64,000 nucleotides of DNA from Paraspadella gotoi (lineage: Eukaryota; Animalia; Chaetognatha), in assembly GCA_051294375.1 (NCBI GenBank), contig CM119267.1, positions 15,292,105-15,356,104 of the forward strand. The letters are read 5' to 3'. Shown here one piece after another: positions 1 to 11,084 of the stretch (the first letter of the stretch is position 1; each line of letters begins with the position of its first letter). Under the pieces are notes generated by a model that was given only the letters and a program-made list of their open reading frames with translations, was not told the DNA's origin and did no database searches. The translations under genes were made by a program, and so were the position numbers.

Positions 1-145
1 TAGTACGTTATGGTATAAAGTCAATTACGCCATGAACAACCGACTGGCATCATAGGACTGTAAAATGTAATGATGTCAGATCAAATGAACCAGCGTTAAA
101 CCAGGCGATGATAAAAGCAAATGTGAAACAAAAATATATTGAGAC

Positions 146-674
146 TAATGCGTAGCAAAAATATTAAAATCAAGTAGAATCCAAATTCGATAGTAGATCA
201 TGAACCTGTGAACATTTTGAAATAAAAAAAAATTATTTTTTTATTTTTCAATTTTCGCATTAGCCCATTGTACTTACCATAGAAAATGTTAAAATTTTAA
301 AATGTTTTTTTCTCTTTATGAATGCAGATTCGAATTCCTAACAAAATATAACTTTTTAAAAAGTTATGTCATTAAGTGGGTCAAAATCCTAAAAAAAATT
401 TATAGTTAACCTATAATTAAAGTTTAGTATAAAAAATATAGTTTTTTACTTAATGAAAGAAGGTTTGATTAAGACTTATGTTTTCTTTTATGAACTTTTT
501 ATATTAGGAATTCGAATATGCTTTCAAAATTAAGAAAAAACTATTTTAAAATTTGAACATTTTCAATAGCGAGCACTAACTACAAAGTATAAATATGGGC
601 TAATGCGAAAATTGATACAAGACTGTTCATGATCAACTAATAGAATTTTGATCAGCAACTTTCACTACGCCTTA
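146..674. mobile_element. MITE / small foldback element with ~200 bp imperfect terminal inverted repeats
   Basis: Left arm TAATGCGTAG...GATCATGAAC...CAATTTTCGCATTAGCCCAT...TTCGAATTCCTAA is the reverse complement of the right arm TTAGGAATTCGAA...ATGGGCTAATGCGAAAATTG...GTTCATGATC...CTACGCCTTA. It is flanked by ATTGAGAC (138-145) and ATGGAGAC (675-682), a 7/8 candidate TSD. Confidence 0.7.
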
Positions 675-1466
675 ATGGAGACATACTACGTAGAATTAAA
701 TATTCATTGGCTAGAAAAGTAAGGACTAAAAGAGTAGCAGGCGATGTTTAACTACCATTTAATTTAAAATTCCTCCCCCAATTTTCTCCCATCCCCCCCC
801 TCTCGTTCAAAGTCTCCATTTCTCTCAACCCGGAAGAACCTTCCAACATCAACTCCAAGTCCAACGCCGCCGCCGACGTCGACGAAGACGACGACAAAAT
901 CTACGCGGTGGAGGACGACGAAGACGACGACGCCGGTGGCGGCGAAACGGACCAAGCGATCGAAGCGCCACCAGTGGACGAAGACGATCGCAACGTCAAC
1001 AAAGACGGCAAGAGGAAGAAGAAGAGCGATTGCGTCGCTATTAGGTAATTGAAGGAGTGGGCGTGGTTGTGGAAAGTTGGCGTGGTTGTTGAGGAAGTGG
1101 GCGTGGTTGTGGTGAGGCTGCCGTGGTTTTTGGGAGAGGTGTGCGGGGTTGTGTTCGTGGAAACTCTGGGAAATAAGTTGACGAAAGGGATCTTTTGGGT
1201 TGTTTTTTTTACCAAAAAACGACGATAAGGACCCCAATGTCATCCGTAAATATTTTTTAAAGAGAATTTATATTACAGAATCAATAAATCAATAAATCAT
1301 TAAGTCGAATAAACAACATATCAATAAATAATTCAGTAAAAGCAATTAATTATTAAATTGGAAATAATCAATAAATCGATAAACAATAGCTAAATCAATC
1401 ATGTAAACAATCATTAAAAAAATCACTATCGATCAATCAAGCAATCGAACATATCTATTAGAAAAC

Positions 1467-1550
1467 TAGAACAGATTGTAATCTAACCTTGTGTTGTATA
1501 GACGCTCCCTCTATTTCCAGAAGACAACACTGACTTCCCGTTCCCAAATT
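1467..1550 (+). repeat. fragment of a dispersed repeat family (second copy at 24862-24990)
   Basis: CTAACCTTGTGTTGTATAGACGCTCCCTCTATTTCCAGAAGACAACAC here matches CTAACATTGTGTCGTATCGATGCTCCCTCCATTTCCAGCAGACAACAT at ~24878. Confidence 0.6.
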
Positions 1551-1634
1551 GAATTATTAGAAAACATTTTTAAGAAAGAATATATATTTGATTAAATAAT
1601 ATAAATTGACCATAAATTAAATTTTCATATCAAG

Positions 1635-2010
1635 GATCGTGAACACGGTGATCATCTTCGTCGTGACGAGCGCCTTCATCTGCGGCCTCCTCGTCACTTT
1701 CTACCAAGAGGCCGTCGACGTCAACGGTCGCCGACGTTCTCTCAAACCTTCCCTCTACCAGATCTCCAACGACAGCCTCAAGCCGAACGCCCCCGGCGCC
1801 GATTCCAACGCGAGCAGCGCGGAAACTTGGATCGAAAGGCCCGGATCCGATGCGAGGAAATTTAACTCTGGCGCCGGAAATGGATATTTATCAAGCATCA
1901 ATCGTTATCCCGTAAAGTACAAGCATCGCCGCGTAGAACACGTGCATCATAACGGAGCGGACAAGCGTGTCGTCTTGTCAATTAGGCGAAATGACGAATT
2001 TAGGCCATGA
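1635..2010 (+). CDS. probable terminal coding exon of an unidentified membrane protein (TM helix plus hydrophilic C-terminal tail)
   Basis: Sharp switch from AT-rich sequence to a GC3-rich open frame after TTTTCATATCAAG|. It translates as IVNTVIIFVVTSAFICGLLVTFYQEAVDVNGRRRSLKPSLYQ...DEFRP*, with AATAAA downstream at ~2330 and ~2666. The acceptor (AAG) is weak and no family was recognised. Confidence 0.55.
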
Positions 2011-2829
2011 TCGTTTGACCGGGTGCCGCTTGCTTTCGATAGTATTTCCAGCTCAAGTTCCACCCGATCGCACCTGTACTCACCTCGTCTCAATCGGAGA
2101 TATTTTCGAGGTTCCCGTCATCGTTGGAGGTGACGTTCGAAGAGGCGGCGTCAGAACGGCGTCAAAAACGAATCCGCGTTCGTCGATCCAACGGCGCCCG
2201 AAAACGTCTTCTACAACTTGCTCACGGCGCCGTTTCGCTCTTGTCGAATACGCCGAGAACGAAAACGTTGTTACATGGGTGGCGCATTTTTATTTAATCT
2301 TAAAATTTTTTTCGGCTTTTCACAAAAAAAATAAAAATAAAAATGTGCATGAGATGAGAATATACGTTTTAGTATTATTTCATCGTATCTGCGATTTGTC
2401 TTGGGGTTTGAACTCGGGTCGTTCAAAACAAATGAACAATCAATCAGCTGATTTGAACTTGTTTTGGGTTCATCCAATAATCCATCTGGCTAGAAAAACA
2501 TTTCACAAAGTTTACTAATAATTAACCTACTCTCTTCAAATCTCATCTCGTTATTAATTTACGAATTATTAAGATTACTTATTGATGTGTTATTACTTAG
2601 CCATATAGATATTACAATTGCTTGTCGGTAAAAGCAGCTGAATATCTATATACTTTGATTATTTTAATAAAGTACATTTTAATATCAAACCAAGCAAGAT
2701 TGGTTTTTGGATAAACTTTTATACAAAGCAAATATAAACTTTTCTATTGTCACGAACGAAAGCGTCAACGCCACTTCTGGTCCGATGCCAAGCGATCCGT
2801 TTCCAAGGCGACAACGACGCATCCACACA

Positions 2830-2913
<84 letters not shown>

Positions 2914-2970
2914 ATTATGATCCGAAAAACTGACCTATGTCGAAGTGAGCGTATCAGCTTGTCAACTTAA

Positions 2971-4052
2971 GGCCGGGATCACTCAACCTAAAATTGTAGA
3001 CATCTTAATTTACTGTATCTTAATCATTTTCTCACATCTTGTAAGAGGTTTTCTATTAAAAAATAATCGAAAACTTTTAAAAATCTACCCAAAATGTTCA
3101 TTAAAAATTTAAACAAATTTTTTTTTCGGTAAAACTAGATTTTCAAGAGAAAAATATTTTTTTAACTGTAAGCTAAATTTTTTACAACCAAATTTTCAAC
3201 TTAAAACTGATTCTTTACCGTAAGCTCAATTTCTACTTCTTATATTTAATTCTTCTTTGGTACAAGTACATACTTGGAGTTGTATCACTAATAAGTTTAA
3301 AATAAACTACTCTACACATTTTCCAGACGGATTTTTATGCTTTTATGAGTTTATGAGTTAAAAACTTATCAATTACATTTGAATTTACTTTTTAGCTTCC
3401 AATGTAAATTTATATCATAATATAGTTGCCTATTTCAGGAATCTCTGAAAAAAAAAATCAATTCTGAATTAAAAAAATTAAAAACAGTAAGCCATTTTTT
3501 TAAGACATCAGCGTTGAACAAACTCCATCATCACATCCCGTGCTTGTGTATGTTGTGGTGAATCTTGCAAAGTAATGAGTACAGAATTTAATTTCTTGAC
3601 GAAGTGAAGTTAAAAACGAAGAGTTGAGCTCAAACCGTTGGACTCTTCTTGAAGAAAAAAATATCTGGGCAAGAAAAGAAAGGTGGGGGAGATTCTATGA
3701 GCGCGTTTTTGAAAATGTTTTTCGTTCAAAGATATTAAGAATTAATCACAAAAATTGACTAAATAATCAAATTTTCTATGAAGGAAGGCAAATTTTGAAA
3801 TTATTTTCATAGATCAGAGTTCGTTACCTAAAGTAATTCATGCCAAATTTCATGAGAAACCGCCTTACCGTTTGGGCTGCAACTCTTCAAATAGGTTTCT
3901 TTTATTTTATATAGTAAAAAAAATTGAAAAAACGATGACGCCTTTGAAAAAATAGTAAAGTGAATACATTTTCGGAATCGTCAGGAGCTCTCCTTTCGAA
4001 ATCCGAGCTCGGCTTTAGCCTAATATAATATTGAATTGAGTGATCCCGGACC
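2971..4052. mobile_element. non-autonomous Kolobok-like DNA transposon (TTAA TSD, GG...CC termini)
   Basis: TTAA|GGCCGGGATCACTCAA (2967-2986) and TTGAGTGATCCCGGACC|TTAA (4036-4056) are inverted repeats differing by one indel. A TTAA target with purine-purine 5' ends fits Kolobok rather than piggyBac. No transposase ORF. Confidence 0.7.
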
Positions 4053-5357
4053 TTAAACGGGAAAATAGCCACTTTGATAACTAAAATTTTAAACCATAAC
4101 ATCTTCCTAACTCCCGATCTTTTATCATCAACAAAAAAAAAGTTTAGAAAAGGTTAAGTACTGCGTTTTATTAATAAGTTAACTGACGCTACCCGTCTAG
4201 ATTGCGAAAATAATTCTGACAATGACCGCGAGAGTTACAGAAATGTTCGAAAAAAAAAAAAGATTTTGATTCTCCAAGCGCGTGATAAATAGTTTCTATC
4301 GGTTAATCGAAGCTCAGTGGTTTATTTATCCATTCGGGATCAGTGATATGTTAATGCGGTTTTATGCTTTTTATTCTTTTTTTTTTAAATTTTTATTTCA
4401 AGCTCCCGAACGTGAATTCCACTGATTAAATTTATTTTTAGTTTAGGCTGAAAAAACAAAATTTCTTCCGAGACACGATAATGATTATAAACGAGATCGA
4501 TCAAAGTTTCTAGGTTTAATCCAACGAAATACCGCTGATAACTGTTAGGTAAACAATTTATAACTTTTGAAACATGCAAAAAAAAATTGGAAAAAAAAAA
4601 TTCATGCAAAAAAATTATAAAAAATCAAAACGGTACAACTTAATTGTGCTATTTACATTCATTTAGTCAATTGGGAATGCAGTTTACAGACAATTTCCAT
4701 TTGAATACATTAAAAATCAGAGTGAAATTTGGAGAAAAAAAAAGCTTAACATGGAATATTTTAAACCGGGGCTAGTATCTCTTATTCATGCTATCATCAT
4801 AGATAGTATAGTTTTCGTAGAAATGTAAAAACCACGGTAAGACACTCTTTGTTGGAAGTGTGATTTATAGATATTTGTTAATTCGCTCTACCATAAGATA
4901 GCTTCATCGAAAAATAGGATATTTTTCATTCATTCCATTTTATTCCTCCAATATTGTATGAAACGTAATACTGTACAAATTCGAAAAATTTCGCCGGACT
5001 GTACGATTTTTCATTTCTTGAATGGAGAAAATGAGAAAAAGGGATAAAAAAATTCGTACTTTCGCACCATGCAAAACTGGGCGCGTTCAAACATTTTTTT
5101 TCATAAAAGTAAAGTGGTTAAAACTATTTTTAGAATAAGGACTCGCGTCCGTGTATGCAAACAAATGAGAGAATGAGTTCTTAATTCATCAAAAATTTTC
5201 AGAATCGAATGTTTAAAAAAACAAGAGTGAAATAAAGAATATATAACGAGAGTTTACAAAGGCTGCCATTGCATTGATTTAATATTAAATAACATGTCAT
5301 GTATGTACACAAAATTGAGGAAAAGGATCCTTATTTATGCAAATGTCCCGCCGTCTC

Positions 5358-5518
5358 TCACTTCTTGTCGACATGAATGGGCATCTGAGGATGGACGACG
5401 TTGTTGCTGATGTTCTCTTCCGTGGGGCGAACCTTCATGGAGACCGTCTTCAAGGACGAGTGGAGGTGGATGGTGTTCCATTGGATCCCGTTGCGGACGA
5501 AGTAGTTGTCGTGGCTCC
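5358..5518 (-). CDS. FReD / angiopoietin-like protein, last coding exon
   Basis: Acceptor TCGCTTCCGCAG|, phase 1. (G)SHDNYFVRNGIQWNTIHLHSSLKTVSMKVRPTEENISNNVVHPQMPIHVDKK* contains the fibrinogen C-terminal GIxW...SLK...MKxRP motif. Confidence 0.93.
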
Positions 5519-5592
5519 CTGCGGAAGCGAACGGGTTGTATGGGGAGAAATATCTCTTTGATTGGTCAATTTCTCTCTTTCTCTAAAATTGT

Positions 5593-5690
<98 letters not shown>

Positions 5691-6309
5691 CCTCGCACAT
5701 ACGCACAAACTAATTCCTTCTCACTCTTCAATCAATGAAAAAAGCCAGCTGGACATTGAACCTTTCTTTTCAGGAGCCTAAAACTATTTCATTTAAAGAA
5801 AACGATTTCGCAATTCCTTGAAAATTCGTCCGCTTAATCAGGCGCATCAACCGCAGCTGCAGCAGAAGCAGCAGCCTTCTCTCTCCCTCTCATTCCAGCG
5901 AATGTTTTCTCCCTCATTTTATTCCCCCCAACCGGCCCCCTTCGTGGCCTCCCGCTCCCGACGGCTTGAGCGCAATTCCTAGAAATTCTTCCGCAATTCC
6001 CAGAAATAAAAGGCGGCCTCAGTTCCCGGCGATGAAGAGGCCGCTGTCGACATTACCGTTACGCTCGAAGGTAATATCGGGATATTTAGAGTTTGTGTCG
6101 GTTTGCAAGGCGTCGAAAAATTCCCCGCGAACATTGAAACTCGGCATTACATAAAAACGTTACCTCGACACGACTTGTGGCAATTGTGTCTCAAGCTTCG
6201 CAACAAAGAACGTCCTTTAAAAAATGTCTCAGTTTTGCAAATCTCATCCAGCTAAAATCTTTGACAAACCCGACGATCTCCTGGCGAATTCCTACTCGCT
6301 ACGACTGAC

Positions 6310-6428
6310 CTTTGTGGTAATAAACTCCGTTGAGGTGACTCTCGAAACAAGAGTTAAACCACCAGGCGCCGTGAAAATGTTCAGCGCAGTTGTCGTAGTA
6401 ACGGTTGTCGTTGTCCTGATCGTAGGTG
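6310..6428 (-). CDS. FReD / angiopoietin-like protein, internal exon (STxDxDND, CA, GxWWF, C, LNG motifs)
   Basis: CCCTTCACAG| ... AAAG|GTCAGT. Encodes (S)TYDQDNDNRYYDNCAEHFHGAWWFNSCFESHLNGVYYHK(G). 119 nt, and phases 2/1 fit both neighbours. Confidence 0.95.
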
Positions 6429-6484
6429 CTGTGAAGGGGGGGAAGAAAAAGATTAGCCGTTTTCCAGTTTTGCAGGCGATTAGA

Positions 6485-6741
6485 GGGCGCTATTTTTCGA
6501 GAAAAAAAAACCATTTCTGTTCCTAATCCCAGAACTTAACCCATATATTTAATCTTAATATTTTATTACATATTTAAACATAAATACTAAACCCGAATCT
6601 CTGATCCTAGTCTTTTAACCTATCCCCTAACCTTAATTTGTAACCTAACCCATATCATGAACCCTTAACCTAATCTTTAAACTTAAAAAGTGATTAATTC
6701 TGAATTTAAGCCAAAATAGGGCGTTTTTGTAAAACATGGCC
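6485..6741. mobile_element. HINE/DINE-like (Helentron-associated) element with degenerate (CCTAAC)n core, copy 1
   Basis: GGGCGCTATTTT ... (CCTAAC/CTTAAC-like array) ... AAAATAGGGCGTTTTTGTAAAACATGGCC. The same two end motifs flank a similar array at 29645-29951. Confidence 0.55.
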
Positions 6742-8347
6742 AATATCTTTTTCTTTTCATGGCACTCACCTAAATTTACATGAATTATTCAGTACTAAAC
6801 GAATTCAATTAATATCAGAACCAATTTTATTTTGAATTTGAAAAAGTCAACGTTGAATTTAACGTCCTCGTTTTCGTCGTCGTGGCAAACGCAGTCGTCG
6901 TCACCATGGTAACCGCTTCATCTTCATTCATTGATTTAAAAAGATGTCTTTTAAACGAGTTAAGTCGTAATTCTTTTGGCAGAGAGTAAAAAATTAAACT
7001 GGTACGGGTAAGGTTAAGGAGCGATGGGGAAGAGTGTGTGGGGGTGAGATAGAGAGAGAGAGAGAGAGAGTGAGGAGAGGAGAGATTGAAGAGATGAGAG
7101 AGAGGATGAGCAGAGAGGAGAGGGGAGAGGAGAGAGAAATTTTAAAAAAGACCTAAAGAGCTTAGTGGAAAGGGTGAAGGGGGATTCAAGCGAAATAATG
7201 GATTTGACATGAAAATCGTTTCTCACAAAGATTCAATTCTCGTTAAAAAAATACTCGTCTCTTTCGTCCTTCGTTCTCTCTCACTTTCTCTCTCCTCACG
7301 ACTCTTTTGGGAGAGACGAACGTTCTTCAATCTCCATCTCTCTCTTCTCTCTCTCTCTCTTCCTCTTTCTCTCTCTCTCTTCTCTCGTCTCTCTCTCTTC
7401 TTCTCTCCTCTCTCTCTCTCCTCCTCTCATCTCTCTCTCTCTCTCTATCTCTCTTCTCAGAAAAACAGCTTTTTTTGTCCTCTTAAAAAAAATAAATAAA
7501 TTCTGTCATCGGCCCCTAAACTGAAAGAGGTCAATGCACATTGCTTCTTACTCAATGCTTAGTCGTCGGGGAAACTACTATGAAAGACTTTGTTTGCTTA
7601 CACAGTCAATGACGAATGTTGTCACTTCAGTAGTGTAGTCGCGGAGTAACTTTTCGGTCGGTCGGTTTCAAATGCATTTATTTTTGGCAATGCTATATTA
7701 TTTTAATCACTATTTTGTAAAGCATTTGTACATCATAAAAAAAATTTCAATTTGCGGCATTTTCATTCCTTTTCTGATTCTAAGATGTATATTTATTTCT
7801 TCTTCGTCAATCGCCCTTGGATTGTTCCTTTGTTTTCTCCTCATCTCCCCCGAAAAGATTCTCCTTTTACTTTTTCTTTTTTTTTCTCTTTCGTTGACTT
7901 TCTACTTTTCTCCTAGACTTTTTTTTTCCCCCCGAGCTTCTTTATTTACTCTCCTCGTCTTTTTCCACTTCTCAACTTTGACACAAACATCGAATTCGTT
8001 TAAACTCATTTCGTTTTCCTGTCACCGTCGGAGATTTGCATTCCTCGGAGAGAAAAAATCCTTTTTTAATGTTAAGAAAATCTCAAATGCACGTACGTGT
8101 ATTCCGCGTGTATTTTGCGTGTTTTCTATTTCAATTATATCCGTAAAAATGTGTGATCACGCAAGCTACACCCTCCCGCCAGCACTTTCTCAACATCCAT
8201 TACTTTCATGAAAGTAATGGATGTTGAATTCGAGCATCGGAAAAGTCTTTTACCCCCCGTCCCCTTTTCACGACATCCACGAAGCCCTTCTTCACTCACC
8301 CTTTTCGCAAACCTCGACACCAAACTTCCGCTCCTTCCCCCACTCGC

Positions 8348-8518
8348 CTGAAGGGTTGTCCGTTGTGGTTCTCCCAGTACGAGGTCAGCGAGTCTCCCGC
8401 GTTTCCATGGAAACCGGCGACGTGAAGAGCGAATTTCTCTTCGGCGGATTCGAGGCGGAAGGAATCGTACTCCGCGTAGTAGCGATTCCCTTCCCAGTCG
8501 CTCATGTCGATGCGCAGC
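8348..8518 (-). CDS. FReD / angiopoietin-like protein, internal exon ending at a GC donor
   Basis: CCCTTTTCCCAG| (M)LRIDMSDWEGNRYYAEYDSFRLESAEEKFALHVAGFHGNAGDSLTSYWENHNGQPF(S) CAG|GCGAGT. 171 nt, phases 2/2. Confidence 0.92.
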
Positions 8519-8714
8519 CTGGGAAAAGGGAGGAGAGAGGGGTTGAGAGGAAGGGGCAAGGTCTGGATATAAATGTGTATTGTATCGCTTTGTACGACAA
8601 AGATGATAGAGAGAAGGAAATAAAAGTCGCGCAGTGAGCGCGCTTGGCTCGAAAATATTGATTCTACTTTCCTTTTTTACTTTTTTTTTNNNNNNNNNNN
8701 NNNNNNNNNNNNNN

Positions 8715-9799
8715 ATGAGAAAAAATAAAAATAAAAATAAATAAAGGAAAGCCCCTCAAAATAACAGTGACAAACTAAACAAAAATTGCCCAGGAAAGGC
8801 TGTCATTTTTAAAAAAGATTTTATATATAAAGAAAAAAATAAGAAAAAAATAAGAAAAAACTACAAAAGCAACCTCCTGGGCTTTGTGAAATATAATCGA
8901 CATATAAAAAAAAAGCTGCTCCAAATGAGTGAAAAACTTTTCTGCAGCCCGAATTAAAAAGGCAAAAAAGGGAGTGCATAAAGAAGAAAGCGCTTTTTTT
9001 CACGATTTTCTTAACTGAGTCATTTTCGTCGTCGTCGGTCGTCGTCGGTTCGTCGCAGCGGCGGCGTCAGCGGCGCCGTCGTTAAAGAAGGAATCAATCA
9101 CGCCTCGAGCCTAAATGATGCCTGGCCTCTGGTTCCTCCTTTCTCTTCCTCTCGTCTCTCTCAATCTCATCTCTCTCAATCTCTCTCTCTCTCTCTCTCC
9201 ATCCTCTCTCTCTCTCTCTCTCTCTCCTCTCTCCTCTCTCCCTCTCTCGTCACTCTCTCTCTCTCTCTCTCCAATTTCGCAAACTTTTTTTTCCCATCAT
9301 GGCATCTAGTAGTGGACTCTCCTCTTTTCACACCTTTCCTCCTCGGTCTTCCCTTTTCACATACCTTCCCTTTCCTATGTCATTGCTCCTCCTTTCCTTT
9401 TTTTAATCTTCTCCGCATAGGTTCTTTTTAATTTTTCCTCCTTCGAAAAAGAACAAAGCAATGGGCATCCTGATGCAATCTTTAAATTCACATCTCAAAT
9501 TAAAAAGCTGCTCTTTTTTTTTTTGTCGTTGTCGGTCTGATGCCTTTTTAATTCGGGTGCAGAGAGTTTTTCACTTCATTCGGGCGGAGCTTTTTTTATA
9601 TTCGATTATATTCACAAAGCCTGAGTCCCAGGCGTTGCTTTTGTAGTTTTTTCTTATTTTTTTCTTATTTTTGTTTCTTTATTATTAAAATTCTTATTTT
9701 AAAAATGACAGCCTTTCCTGGCAATTTATTGTTTAGTTTGTACTGTTTATTTGAGGGGGCTTTTTCCTTTATTTTATTTTTGTTTTTATTTTTTCTCAT
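8715..9799. repeat. inverted repeat with ~250 bp arms (8715-8964 and 9541-9799)
   Basis: CAGGAAAGGCTGTCATTTTTAAAA...CTACAAAAGCAAC...CCCGAATTAAAAAGGCA versus TGCCTTTTTAATTCGGG...GTTGCTTTTGTAG...TTTTAAAAATGACAGCCTTTCCTG. The left arm starts exactly at an N gap. Confidence 0.75.
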
Positions 9800-9802
9800 T
9801 TA

Positions 9803-9846
<44 letters not shown>

Positions 9847-10795
9847 CTTTATTCCTTGACATGAGTTATATAGATGAATGAGAGAATGAGATAAAAAGAA
9901 TGTCGGAGACGGCAGAGGCTGACAGGAAACGACGAAAGAAACGCTCAGCGCTAAAATCGGGGTCAAAAGCTTCGTTAAAGACGTCAACGACAACGACGAC
10001 AACGCTGGTAACCCTCCGAGACGACGAGGCAAATAAGGACAACAATGAAGACGTCAAACGACGCCTCGAACATTGAAGAAGTCGGCAGATTAACTATTTG
10101 AGTCGTATTTAATTCTCAAAGCGAAGACATTGAAGGGAAAAGTTCTAAATAAAAATAGAACAAAATATAATTAATGCAAAGACGTAAAACACGAAGAAAC
10201 TGATGCAAAGCGACGATTAAAGACAGGAATATCGAAGGGAGAAAAAAAAAGGAAGGAACATTAGAAGCAGATGTGACGAGAGACTCAGGAGGAAGTCTGA
10301 CGACGACGACGACGACAGCGACGACGACGACGACGCCTCTCAATCTGTCAAAACATCCATGAGATCATCATTGCTTTTCGTTTATATTTCTTTCCACCGA
10401 TTAACGATGATAGGTAATGAAAAGGGCTTGCAATTACAATCGCATTTAATATGGCCTGTAAGACTTTATTGAAATTTTGCTGGATTTGATATGTAAATAT
10501 CTTGTTAGAGAGATGGAGACCTTAAAAAATTACCATACAAACGTACTGTCTATTGTTTAATGAAAGAATAATATTTATTCTGGTTGTACTTGTACCAATG
10601 CTCTAGGAAATGAGAATTACTCAATATTATGAAACTTTATAAAAGTTTTGATATTTTACCGTGAAAAAAAAATAACAATACTTATTCATTCAATTATTAT
10701 TTTTAAAGTTTAAGCAACATTTGCAAATCCAATTTGCAAAGCCACGACCGCCCCATGATACAATAACTCCCGCGCCCCGACCCAATTCTACTCAC

Positions 10796-10943
10796 ATGTA
10801 CTGGCCCTGATTCGTGAGGGCGAAGATGTTATCCAGGCCCAACCAAAACTCGGTGTCCACGTCGCCGAAGCCGTTTTTGTAGTCGGCCCAGGGGCGGTAG
10901 AACTCGACGCTTCCGTCGATGCGTCGCTGGATCATCGTCCACG
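10796..10943 (-). CDS. FReD / angiopoietin-like protein, internal exon (WT-IQRR-DGS-F...W..YK.GFG...EFWLGLDNI)
   Basis: CCCCGATTCCAG| (A)[48 protein letters not shown](M) AT|GTGAGT. 148 nt, phases 1/2. Not in the ORF track. Confidence 0.95.
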
Positions 10944-11053
10944 CTGGAATCGGGGTGGAGGGGTGGTTAGGGTGGCGGAGGTGATTGGGAACAGGGGGGG
11001 GAAGGATATTTTAGAGGGTGAAGAATTTAAGAATTTAAGTCTTTGATGATGAT

Positions 11054-11084
<31 letters not shown>

